A DNA stretch of 64,000 bases, taken from the NCBI GenBank assembly GCA_964600985.1, contig CAZRJR010000001.1, positions 45,319 through 109,318 on the forward strand, in the 5' to 3' direction. The first letter of the stretch is position 1. Each line of letters begins with the position of its first letter. Positions 37,109 to 46,366 of the stretch are shown in pieces. This DNA comes from an uncultured Candidatus Saccharibacteria bacterium. Its GTDB lineage: Bacteria; Patescibacteriota; Saccharimonadia; CAILAD01; JADZBC01. The notes beneath the pieces were generated by a model, which made no database searches, was not told the DNA's origin, and worked only from the letters and a program-made list of their open reading frames with translations. The position numbers and the translations under genes were made by a program.

Positions 37109-37883
37109 TACCCACGCCCATATTCACTTCGACGACTATAAAGATGACTTGCCTGCTGTACTAGCAAACGCCAAGGCCAACGGTGTGGAGCGAATTATTT
37201 GTGTGGGTACCAATGAGTTAGACTCGCACAGAGCACTCGATTTTGTAACTGACGAGCTGGTGTCTAAACAGGCTAAGGGTGTCGCGCTTGCGGCGACTGT
37301 GGGGCTGCACCCTCATGAAGCTCATAAAGGTCAGTCAGCGCTGGAAGCCATTGCCTTCTTACTTAACGTGGGTCAGCCCGTAGCGATTGGGGAGTGCGGC
37401 TTAGATTACTACCGCAATCTTTCTACTAAAGAACAACAACATACTGCACTGGAGTTTCAAATCAGATTGGCACTTGAACATAACTTGCCACTAGTGTTTC
37501 ATGTGCGAGAAGCTTGGGATGACTTCTTTGCAATGGTGCAAAAGTATCCCGATCTGCGTGGCGTAATTCATAGCTTTACCGGTGGCCCACACGAGGTAGA
37601 GCGCGCTATGCAGCACAATCTTTATTTTGGGCTAAATGGGATCATGACATTTACTAAGGATACTCAGCAGCTCGAAGCTGCTAAGCTCATCCCATTGGAT
37701 CGCTTACTGCTCGAAACCGACTCTCCATACCTGTCGCCAGCCCCACTACGGGGCAAGCGCAATGAACCGGCCAATGTAGCGGTGATCGCACGATTCTTAG
37801 CAGATTTGCGGGGCGAAGATTTCGCAGATCAAGTTGAGGCTACAGGCAAAAATGCGCAAAAGTTATTTGGCGGCACAGCATGA
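37098..37883 (+). CDS. tatD: TatD-family metal-dependent DNase/hydrolase
   Basis: The LIDTHAHIHF HxH motif lies at the N-terminus, taken from the internal Met MLIDTHAH. Further His/Glu/Asp ligands are present (GECGLDY, FHVREA, HSFTG, LETDSPY). Confidence 0.85.
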   Translation: MLIDTHAHIHFDDYKDDLPAVLANAKANGVERIICVGTNELDSHRALDFVTDELVSKQAKGVALAATVGLHPHEAHKGQSALEAIAFLLNVGQPVAIGECGLDYYRNLSTKEQQHTALEFQIRLALEHNLPLVFHVREAWDDFFAMVQKYPDLRGVIHSFTGGPHEVERAMQHNLYFGLNGIMTFTKDTQQLEAAKLIPLDRLLLETDSPYLSPAPLRGKRNEPANVAVIARFLADLRGEDFADQVEATGKNAQKLFGGTA

Positions 37884-38443
37884 GGCCGGATCATGGTGGG
37901 TTGCCAGAAGAACCGAAAGATCCTCGTCGGAAGGACCTTGGGCCGGCGACTATGGAGCAAAAAGATGAGGTTCGAAATTTGGCAAGGTCTATTTTAAATA
38001 GGGTGCGACCGAAGGGCGCAGAGGTACCTGCGAGAGAGCATATTAGGGCTACCTTGCCAGACGGCCGAATGATGCATATAAAGTTTGTAAACCAACCAGT
38101 GGCGAGTGAGCCGGTATGGAGCTGCATGATCGTAAGCCGCTTAGATGGCAAAACAACCCAAGCAGTAGAGTATGAAATTATCTATGATCGCGACGAAAAC
38201 TTTCCCTTTATTCAGCATGTAGATATTACCAGCGTTGAAGACACTATAGGGTTTCTAGATGGTAAAGAGGATGATGTGATTGCATGGGGCGAGAGATTGA
38301 AGGAAGAGAAAGCCGAGCGTTATGCTAAGGATGACATGCTTATGAACCCCACGGTCAGTGCGGTCGAAGCAAGAAGTTTGGCGCATGACATCGACACCAT
38401 GACCCACTTATCTGACGACCAGATATTCTATTCTCGGCTATAA
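37880..38443 (+). CDS. hypothetical protein
   Basis: 187-aa ORF that overlaps the tatD stop by 4 nt. No motif recognised. Confidence 0.45.
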   Translation: MRPDHGGLPEEPKDPRRKDLGPATMEQKDEVRNLARSILNRVRPKGAEVPAREHIRATLPDGRMMHIKFVNQPVASEPVWSCMIVSRLDGKTTQAVEYEIIYDRDENFPFIQHVDITSVEDTIGFLDGKEDDVIAWGERLKEEKAERYAKDDMLMNPTVSAVEARSLAHDIDTMTHLSDDQIFYSRL

Positions 38444-38462
38444 TCTGCTAGAATAATGCGCT

Positions 38463-39644
38463 ATGAAGGCTCGGAACCGAATATATCTAGATTACGCTGC
38501 TGCTACTCCCCTCGATAGTAGGGTGGCAGAGGTAATGGCTGAGGCTCAGCAAGTGTATGCTAATCCTAGTACTCTCTATACTGAGGGGCGGGTAGCAAGG
38601 GTGGCTTACCAGGATGCTAAGAAGCGAATTGCTATGGTGCTTGGTGTGCGTGCCGGTGAGATCATGCTCACCTCGGGCGCTACAGAATCGGATAACTTAG
38701 CAATTCTCGGTGCAGTGCGGCCACATTTGGCACAAAATGCCCACATAGTAACTATCCCGACTGAGCACAAATCCGTGCTCGAGCCGATTGCTCAATTAGA
38801 ACACGAGGGCGCGAGTGTGAGTATGGCGCGCGTTGACCACAATGGGGTAGTAGACCTGGTAGATTTAGAACGAGCAATAGGGGAGTCGACCGTGTTGGTC
38901 TCGATTGCAGTCGCTTCGAGCGAGATTGGCACCATTCAGCCCATGGCAAAAATTGGTCAGTTGATCACAAAGATTAAGAAAAATAGGGTAGAGCGGGGGA
39001 TTACTACTCCCCTACTTCTCCACTCGGATGCTTCGGCAGCGGCCGGCCTACTCCCCCTCTCCCCCGCTCGCCTTTCCGCCGACCTTCTCACGCTTAACCC
39101 TTCTAAGTTTTATGGCCCGCGTTCGGTTGGCATTTTGCATGTAAAGTCGGGGACTCAACTCTCGCCCATTATATATGGCGGCGGCCAGCAGGGCGGTTTG
39201 CGCCCAGGGCGTGAAGATGTGGCGAGTGCTCTGGGCGCTGCTATGGCGTTCGAACTTTCCGAGCAGGCACGACAGATTGAGGCTGCTCGGCTGGCACTCC
39301 TGCGCGATGAACTCCTGCGCGGTTTAGCACAGGCGCTACCCAGCCATCTACTAAACGGTCACCCTACTCGGCGCTTAGCCAATCATGTAAGCATTTGCCT
39401 ACCAGGCCTAAACGGTGAAGATATACAAGCACGCTTAGACGCCCGAGGATTTGCTGTAGCTACAGGTGCTGCCTGTGAAGCCACGAGTGACGCGCCGAGC
39501 ACCGCTATACTAGCTTTGGGTCGAAGCCAGACCGAAGCTCAAGGGTCGCTACGCATTACCTTGGGGCGTGATACGACAGCTGAGCATATTGCAAGTTTTA
39601 TTGATGCTTTAAAGCAAGTAGTGCAGGATCTTGCTACACTATAA
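38463..39644 (+). CDS. cysteine desulfurase (class V aminotransferase, IscS/NifS-like)
   Basis: The N-terminus has YLDYAAATPLD, and a PLP-lysine region and the conserved GGGQQGGLRPG loop are present. Confidence 0.8.
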   Translation: MKARNRIYLDYAAATPLDSRVAEVMAEAQQVYANPSTLYTEGRVARVAYQDAKKRIAMVLGVRAGEIMLTSGATESDNLAILGAVRPHLAQNAHIVTIPTEHKSVLEPIAQLEHEGASVSMARVDHNGVVDLVDLERAIGESTVLVSIAVASSEIGTIQPMAKIGQLITKIKKNRVERGITTPLLLHSDASAAAGLLPLSPARLSADLLTLNPSKFYGPRSVGILHVKSGTQLSPIIYGGGQQGGLRPGREDVASALGAAMAFELSEQARQIEAARLALLRDELLRGLAQALPSHLLNGHPTRRLANHVSICLPGLNGEDIQARLDARGFAVATGAACEATSDAPSTAILALGRSQTEAQGSLRITLGRDTTAEHIASFIDALKQVVQDLATL

Positions 39645-39646
39645 CT

Positions 39647-40237
39647 ATGCATAAATTCCTTATCAGTTTGGGAGTAGTATGTGGTGGATTGGCTATTGTG
39701 GCTGGTCTGGCATTCTTTGGCTTGGGCTTTTACCTTTCACCCCAAGACAAGCTTGAAAAAGCGGACGCCATTGTAGTGGTGTCGGGGGGGCAAACGACCA
39801 CTCGGGCGGAGTACGGCATAAAGCTCTACAAAGCTGGCTATGCGCCAACCATTGTTTTTAGCGGTGGTGCGATTGATGATGGACCGTCGAATGCGGCAGC
39901 AATGCGCCAGCAAGCTCTTGAGGCTGGTCTGAGTGACGACAACATCCTACGCGACGACGACTCACAGAATACCTACGAAAACGCAGTAAATTCTAAGCGA
40001 CTATTGGATAGCATTGGGGCCAAAAAGATCATACTCGTAACCTCTCCCTACCACCAGCGCCGCACCGACCAAACGTTTCGAAAGGTACTAGGGCCGAACT
40101 ACAAAGTAATTGGCTCGTCGGCCGTGGATAGTCGCTGGAGCAAGTCGGCTTGGTGGGAGACTGGCTTTGGCTTTAATATATCTATGAGTGAGCTGTATAA
40201 GCTCCTCTACATTGGGCTAACCGGTAGTTACCAATGA
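39647..40237 (+). CDS. DUF218 (YdcF/ElyC-like) domain protein
   Basis: 196 aa with an N-terminal TM segment. VVSGGQTTTRAEYGIKLYKAGYAPTIVFSGG is the characteristic DUF218 core. Confidence 0.6.
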   Translation: MHKFLISLGVVCGGLAIVAGLAFFGLGFYLSPQDKLEKADAIVVVSGGQTTTRAEYGIKLYKAGYAPTIVFSGGAIDDGPSNAAAMRQQALEAGLSDDNILRDDDSQNTYENAVNSKRLLDSIGAKKIILVTSPYHQRRTDQTFRKVLGPNYKVIGSSAVDSRWSKSAWWETGFGFNISMSELYKLLYIGLTGSYQ

Positions 40238-41391
40238 GCGAACGTGTTTTTGTAGGTCTGTCTGGCGGGGTGGATAGCTCGGTGGCTGCTGCGTTGTTGC
40301 AGCAGCAAGGCTACGACGTGGTGGGTGTGTTCATGAAAAACTGGAGTCGTGACATCGGTGCTAACCACTGCCCGTGGCGAGAGGACCTAGCCAGTGCACG
40401 AAGTGTGGCTGCGCATCTTGGCATTGAACTACGGGTGTATGACTTTGAGCAGCAATACTTTGATAGCGTTGCTAAATACATGATCGAAACATACCAGAAG
40501 GGACTCACGCCGAACCCAGATGTAATGTGCAATGCCGAAATAAAGTTCAAAGTGTTTGCCGAACGGTGTTTTAGCGAAGGGGCAGATTATATTGCTACCG
40601 GCCACTACGCCAGGGTCGGTCGCTGTGCGGAGCACTCTGCTGTGTCGCAGCCTCAAGTGCTCGCTCGGCTCGGGGACACCACACCTCTGCTGCGCGCTTC
40701 AACTGCTCCGCGTATAGCATCTCTGCACAGCAACCTTCAACACATCTGCTTAAAGCGAGCAGCGGATGCCAATAAAGATCAAACGTATTTTTTGTATCGA
40801 GCGCCGGCAGAGAATTTAGCTCGCACCCTTTTTCCACTCGGTGAACTGCCTAAGCCAAGGGTGCGTGAGTTGGCACATGAGCTTGGCCTGCCTACGGCAA
40901 ATCGGCCTGACTCTCAAGGCTTATGTTTTGTAGGTAACATCCCTTTGCGTTCGTTCCTGGGTGAATTTATACCTCCTAAGCAAGGAGATATCATCGATCA
41001 AGATGGTAAAGTGATTGGGCGGCACGATGGCGCTTTCTTCTACACTATTGGCCAACGACACGGGTTGGGCGTAGGGGGTGGGAAGCCATACTTCGTATAT
41101 CGTATAGACGTCGTCAAAAACGAGCTACATGTTACGACCGATCCCGAAGCGCTCGAAATGAACACAAGAGAATTTACTATAGGTGACTGCGTGTGGTTGA
41201 CTCAGCCAAAAGAGGATGAGATGTATAATGTGCAGGTGCGTTACCGCACGCCGGCCAAGCCTGGTCGGCTAACAAAGCAGGGGCACAACTGGCGCGTAGT
41301 ACTCGAAAATCTGGAGCGGGCGATCACGCCTGGCCAATCAGCAGTTATATATGACGACGACGTGGTTGTGGGTGGTGGAATCATAGCGTAA
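40234..41391 (+). CDS. mnmA: tRNA-specific 2-thiouridylase
   Basis: PP-loop SGGVDSSVAA and catalytic Cys residues are present. The C-terminal beta-barrel ends ...VIYDDDVVVGGGII. Confidence 0.85.
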   Translation: MSERVFVGLSGGVDSSVAAALLQQQGYDVVGVFMKNWSRDIGANHCPWREDLASARSVAAHLGIELRVYDFEQQYFDSVAKYMIETYQKGLTPNPDVMCNAEIKFKVFAERCFSEGADYIATGHYARVGRCAEHSAVSQPQVLARLGDTTPLLRASTAPRIASLHSNLQHICLKRAADANKDQTYFLYRAPAENLARTLFPLGELPKPRVRELAHELGLPTANRPDSQGLCFVGNIPLRSFLGEFIPPKQGDIIDQDGKVIGRHDGAFFYTIGQRHGLGVGGGKPYFVYRIDVVKNELHVTTDPEALEMNTREFTIGDCVWLTQPKEDEMYNVQVRYRTPAKPGRLTKQGHNWRVVLENLERAITPGQSAVIYDDDVVVGGGIIA

Positions 41392-41407
41392 GTGGTATAA
41401 TTCGCCC

Positions 41408-42160
41408 ATGGAACCAGACGTAAATCAGCCCTCAACTCCCCCTTCAGCTCCTGCTCCAGGACAGTCATTTCAGCCATCGGCGCCCAATCCTTCAGCCAAA
41501 AAACCTAAAAGGGCGGGTGGGCCAAGCACATACCATGTGTCATGGCCGGTAGTGTTTGTGGTACTCATACTAATAATTATGTCTCTCGGTGGCTGGGGTT
41601 ATCTTCGCTACGCTCGCTTGCAAAGCCAGCTTAGCTATAAGGTCGAAGCCTTAAACAACAAGCAAAAGGAGCTCGACCAAACTAAGGCTGATTTAGCAAC
41701 CGCAAGCAAGGTGGTTAATCAAGTTACCGGTGCCTCGGCTACTGTTACTATATCTGAGTGGGGGGTTACGTTTACACCGGGTGCTGATTTAGTGCGCTTC
41801 ACATATGTTATGAACAAAGGCCAGGTTGTACCTTCTACTACCAGCCTCATGGAACTCGCCTGGACTAAGGCCACCGCCCAGACTGCAGTTGGGGACTACT
41901 TGTGTTCGCCTGCCGACTATCCACTTGGGTACATGGCGCGAGGTAAGGCGACCGACAAAGTGCCCGTGGCTGGCAATATTCTGTTTAAAGACTACGCCGA
42001 CACAAAGAGTAACAAAGACGTGATTCAAGTCGGTGAATATTACTATGTAGTTATCGGTCCACAAAGTTCCTGCTCGACCGACAAATCGGTGAGCGATCTC
42101 GTAACCAAGCAAACGGCCGCTCTCAAGGCTGCCTTGCAAACCATGGTATTAGCTCGGTAG
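41408..42160 (+). CDS. hypothetical membrane-anchored protein (Pro-rich N-terminus, single TM, ectodomain)
   Basis: 250 aa with the TM segment VVFVVLILIIMSLGGWGYL. Confidence 0.45.
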   Translation: MEPDVNQPSTPPSAPAPGQSFQPSAPNPSAKKPKRAGGPSTYHVSWPVVFVVLILIIMSLGGWGYLRYARLQSQLSYKVEALNNKQKELDQTKADLATASKVVNQVTGASATVTISEWGVTFTPGADLVRFTYVMNKGQVVPSTTSLMELAWTKATAQTAVGDYLCSPADYPLGYMARGKATDKVPVAGNILFKDYADTKSNKDVIQVGEYYYVVIGPQSSCSTDKSVSDLVTKQTAALKAALQTMVLAR

Positions 42161-42200
42161 CTCTCGCCGCCACGACAGGTTATATAGTATAATATCGGCT

Positions 42201-44078
42201 ATGAATGTAGCTGAAATCCGCCATAAATATTTCGAATTCTTTGAGTCCAAAGGCCACAAGCTCATTCCGCGGGCCAACCTTGTGCCGCAGAATGACCCAA
42301 CAACGCTCTTTACCGGCTCTGGCATGCAGCCACTTTTGCCGTATTTATTGGGTGAGCCCCACCCAGCTGGAACGCGTGTCGTTGACTCACAGGCATGCTT
42401 TCGTGCTGAAGATGTCGAAGAGGTGGGCGACAACCGCCACACTACATTTTTTGAGATGCTCGGCAATTGGAGCTTCGGTGCCTACTTTAAAACGGAGCAA
42501 ATCAACTACTTCTTTGAGTTTTTGACCGAGGTAGTGGGCTTGGATCCGAATAAACTCTATGTGACTACGTTTATTGGTGATGAATCAAATGGTATAGGCA
42601 AAGACAGCGAGGCGGCAGAATTGTGGCAAAAGCTATTTGCCAGCAAGGGAGTCATGGCCGAAGTAGCCGAGATCGGCTCGGAAAGCGCTGGGTATAATCG
42701 AGGCATTAATCCTGGTGAGCGAATATTTTACTATGATGCCAAGAAGAACTGGTGGAGTAGGGCGGGCGAGCCTGCTAATATGCCAGCCGGTGAGCCGGGC
42801 GGGCCAGATAGTGAGGTGTTCTATGATTTTGGTACACCACATGATACAACCTTTGGCGAGCATTGCCACCCTAACTGTGATTGCGGCCGCTATATGGAGA
42901 TCGGTAATTCGGTATTTATGCAATATGTGAAGCGAGCCGATGGCGGATTCGATGAGCTAAGTCAGCGCAATGTGGACTTTGGTGGCGGACTTGAGCGTAT
43001 AGCAGCAGCTGCCGAAGGTAGTGGCGATATGTTCCGTATTAGTGTGCTCTGGCCGATCATTGAGCACTTGGAGCGGCTCTCCGGTAAAAGTTACGCCGAC
43101 CAGCCGCTACCGATGCGGATTATTGCAGATCACTTGCGAGCTTCGGTATTTCTGGCGGCCGATGGGGTAGTGCCAAGCAATACCAAGCAGGGTTATGTGA
43201 TGCGCCGCGTGCTGCGCCGAGCTATCCGCCAGGGCTTAGTGTTGGGACTGAGCGACGACTTTCTGGGCGACATTACGCACGTAATCGCAGGGCTATACAA
43301 GCATGATTTTCCGGAGATTGCAGAGCGTGAAGGCGATATTGTTCGTACACTGATGCAGGAAGAAAAACAATTCCGTCACACCCTAGAGCGCGGCTTGCGT
43401 GAGTTCGAGAAGCTTACGGCTGAGTCCAAGAATCTAAGTGGCAAAATAATCTTTGAGCTTTCTGACACCTATGGTTTTCCGAGTGAGCTAAGTGTAGAAG
43501 AAGCCGAGGTGCGTAACATTCCCCTGGACACCAATTGGCAGGACGAGTTTGCTAAGCTAATGGCCGAGCAAAAGGAGCGAAGTCGCACCGCAACAGCCGG
43601 ACAATTTAAAGGCGGTTTGGCCGAGCATAACGAAACAACTACTAAATATCACACAGCTACACACCTTATGTACCGAGCACTCCGAAATGTGTTGGGGGAT
43701 CATGTGGTGCAGCGCGGTAGCAACATTACCAACGAGCGTTTACGCTTCGACTTTAGTCACCACGCCAAAATGACACCAGAGGAGATTAAGGCCGTTGAAG
43801 ATATAGTGAACGATGCGATTGCTAAAGACTACCCTGTGTCGTGGGAAGAGATGCCGACCAAAAGGGCATTCGAGTTGGGTGCGCTGGGTGCCTTTGGTGA
43901 CAAGTATGGTGATAGTGTAAAGGTCTACACAGTGGGCAATAAGGATGGTGACTGGTATAGCAAGGAAATCTGCGGCGGACCACATGTAGAGCACACCGGC
44001 GAGATTGGTAAGTTTAAGATTACCAAAGAAGAATCATCCTCGGCCGGCGTGCGTCGTATTAAAGCAGTTATAGAATAA
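42201..44078 (+). CDS. alaS: alanyl-tRNA synthetase, truncated form (catalytic + editing domains, no C-Ala domain)
   Basis: The N-terminus has class II AlaRS motifs (FTGSGMQPL, FEMLGNWSFGAYFK). The editing domain has HTATHLM...H. At 625 aa it is much shorter than the ~870 aa canonical form. Confidence 0.85.
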   Translation: MNVAEIRHKYFEFFESKGHKLIPRANLVPQNDPTTLFTGSGMQPLLPYLLGEPHPAGTRVVDSQACFRAEDVEEVGDNRHTTFFEMLGNWSFGAYFKTEQINYFFEFLTEVVGLDPNKLYVTTFIGDESNGIGKDSEAAELWQKLFASKGVMAEVAEIGSESAGYNRGINPGERIFYYDAKKNWWSRAGEPANMPAGEPGGPDSEVFYDFGTPHDTTFGEHCHPNCDCGRYMEIGNSVFMQYVKRADGGFDELSQRNVDFGGGLERIAAAAEGSGDMFRISVLWPIIEHLERLSGKSYADQPLPMRIIADHLRASVFLAADGVVPSNTKQGYVMRRVLRRAIRQGLVLGLSDDFLGDITHVIAGLYKHDFPEIAEREGDIVRTLMQEEKQFRHTLERGLREFEKLTAESKNLSGKIIFELSDTYGFPSELSVEEAEVRNIPLDTNWQDEFAKLMAEQKERSRTATAGQFKGGLAEHNETTTKYHTATHLMYRALRNVLGDHVVQRGSNITNERLRFDFSHHAKMTPEEIKAVEDIVNDAIAKDYPVSWEEMPTKRAFELGALGAFGDKYGDSVKVYTVGNKDGDWYSKEICGGPHVEHTGEIGKFKITKEESSSAGVRRIKAVIE

Positions 44079-44145
44079 TTTACAAAAGCAAACGCCCTCC
44101 CCGAAGGGAGCGCATTCGCTCCTCCGAAGAGGGGTGGTCCGGACT

Positions 44146-44913
44146 TTACGATCGGGATGCTTCGATATCTCGAAACATATTCAACTGGTCGATGTAGGCC
44201 TTGCGGCTTTGCATCGAGTAGTGTAGCGCGATGGTCAGGCAGAAGGTTGCAATGATCGCACCTGCTACTCCCAGACAGAGCCAGCCAAGGATGATCGACA
44301 GACCCTGGAAGCCGAACTTAACCTTCCCAGCCGTCACAGATCCCCGGGGTTCGATATTGAGCCGCTTGGAGATAACGCCAACCTTGCCGCCAGTTGTGGC
44401 CAGCAGAACTTCGTGGAAAGCCGTTCCTGTCGTGACCACAACGAGTGGCGCTACCCACCAACCATACATGGCAATCAGTTCGCAGACCAGCGCGATGGCA
44501 ATTGAGACCACCAGGAGCTTGTCTGCCAGCGGGTCAATTGCTTTACCATAGCGGCTTTCAGTACAAAGACCTCGAGCAAGTTCGCCGTCGATGCCATCAC
44601 TGATTATCAGTACGCCCGCGCCAAGGATCCAACCAGCTCGCTCCCAGAAGTTCGTACTGGCAACAAGCCCCCAGACGACGATCCAGAAGGTCCCCAGCCG
44701 GATGGTTGTGATGCTATTGGCGAAGTTGCGTACTAGCCAGGGGCGAGTATCGGGGTATTCTTGCCCTTCTACTCTGTCTGCGAAAAGAGGACGCGTGTCT
44801 GGCCAGTGCATGCAGATCCAGAATTCTAGCGGGTGCAAGAGCCACCGGAAGAACTCTTGAGACATCTTCGAGGCACGCTCAGAGAAGTCTGTTAGCTTTT
44901 GCTGAACGTTCAT
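44146..44913 (-). CDS. CDP-alcohol phosphatidyltransferase
   Basis: Signature DGIDGELARGLCTESRYGKAIDPLADKL (D-G-x2-A-R...G-x3-D-x3-D), with multiple TM helices. Confidence 0.75.
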   Translation of the reverse strand: MNVQQKLTDFSERASKMSQEFFRWLLHPLEFWICMHWPDTRPLFADRVEGQEYPDTRPWLVRNFANSITTIRLGTFWIVVWGLVASTNFWERAGWILGAGVLIISDGIDGELARGLCTESRYGKAIDPLADKLLVVSIAIALVCELIAMYGWWVAPLVVVTTGTAFHEVLLATTGGKVGVISKRLNIEPRGSVTAGKVKFGFQGLSIILGWLCLGVAGAIIATFCLTIALHYSMQSRKAYIDQLNMFRDIEASRS

Positions 44914-45045
44914 GACTCCTCCTAAGAGCTCGGGTAATGGGTACAGAAAGAACGTGGATATACCTTACAACAGATTAGGGCAATTCTCAAGCTCTAGCGT
45001 AACGACCAGCTAAGCGTTACAATTATGAGGTAATACAAAGGCAGT

Positions 45046-46314
45046 ATGGCGTTTAAGATTTCTAAAATCACCAAGAAGCTCAACAAAAGGCCCAAGAACC
45101 AATATTTGGTGGCACTTGACATTGGTACCGAGTACGTAAAGGCGTTAATTGGTGAGGTAAAGGGCGGCAAAGTAGAAATAATTGGCGTGGGTCGCCAGCG
45201 TCAACGACTCACTGACATGGCGAATGGTGCGGTTACTGACATTGCTGGCGTGGTAGAGAACTGCGACGCAGCACTCAAGCGTGCCGAAGAAATGGCCGGG
45301 GTGGTGGCTAAAGATGCGGTAGTCGGTATAGCGGGCGAGCTAGTAAAAGGTGGCTCTACCACGGTAAGTTACCGCCGAGCACGACCCAATATGCAGATCG
45401 ACGAAACCGAGCTACGCGATATAATCGAGCGAATTCAGAAGGATGCCTTCGAGAAAGTGCGCAAAGAACTAACCTGGGAAACCGGCCAAAAGGAGCTGGA
45501 CGTAAAGCTGGTAAACGCCGCGGTGGTAGACGTATATATAGATGGCTATAGGGTTACAAACCCGGTCGGATTCCAGGGGCGCGACGTGACTATTCAGATC
45601 TTTAACGCTTTTGCCCCCATGGTGCATTTAGGCGCTTTGCAGTCCGTAGCACGCGACTTAGACCTAAACCTCATTAACGTAGCTGCTGAGCCATTTGCGG
45701 TTGCTAAGTCGGTAGGCGCCGATGACTCTACGGAATTTAGCGCGATATTTATAGATATGGGTGGTGGCACGAGTGACATTGCAGTGGTGAATAACGGCGG
45801 CGTGGAAGGCACTAAGATGTTTGCCATAGCGGGCCGTAGTTTTACTAAGCGAATTGCGAATTCGCTGGGTTTGAGCTTCGAAGACGCCGAGAAGCTGAAG
45901 CTTGATTATTCGGCTGGCAAGTTGAGTGAAGCTAAGACCAAGCAAGTGGCCAAGGCGCTCGAGGGTGATATAGAGGTTTGGTTGAGTGGTGTAGAGCTAT
46001 CGCTCGCGGAGTTTGACCAGCTGGACCACTTGCCTGCCCGCATACTGTTGTGTGGCGGCGCGAGTGCTTTGCCCGAAATCAAAAAAGCCCTTAGCTCAGC
46101 TGAGTGGCAAAAGAAATTACCGTTTGCCCGCAAACCAACCATAGACTTTGTGAGCCCCAGCGAAGTGAGTCGTGTGGTCGATACTACCGCCAAGCTTGTA
46201 AATCAGCAGGACATTACGCCTATGGGGCTAGCGAATCTGGGCCTTGATATTGTAGGTAGTGAGAACTTAAGCGAGAATATCATTCAACGCTTGAGCCGTA
46301 CGCTGAGTTTGTGA
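45046..46314 (+). CDS. actin-fold ATPase, FtsA-like (PilM-like not excluded)
   Basis: 422 aa. The N-terminal LVALDIGTEYVKALIGEV has a phosphate-1-like motif, and a second one is IFIDMGGGTSDIAVV. No ftsZ gene follows. Confidence 0.6.
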   Translation: MAFKISKITKKLNKRPKNQYLVALDIGTEYVKALIGEVKGGKVEIIGVGRQRQRLTDMANGAVTDIAGVVENCDAALKRAEEMAGVVAKDAVVGIAGELVKGGSTTVSYRRARPNMQIDETELRDIIERIQKDAFEKVRKELTWETGQKELDVKLVNAAVVDVYIDGYRVTNPVGFQGRDVTIQIFNAFAPMVHLGALQSVARDLDLNLINVAAEPFAVAKSVGADDSTEFSAIFIDMGGGTSDIAVVNNGGVEGTKMFAIAGRSFTKRIANSLGLSFEDAEKLKLDYSAGKLSEAKTKQVAKALEGDIEVWLSGVELSLAEFDQLDHLPARILLCGGASALPEIKKALSSAEWQKKLPFARKPTIDFVSPSEVSRVVDTTAKLVNQQDITPMGLANLGLDIVGSENLSENIIQRLSRTLSL

Positions 46315-46366
46315 CCCTTGTTACAAACCATAACGTTTTAGCAACTTTTGCGCTATAATAGCTCTT

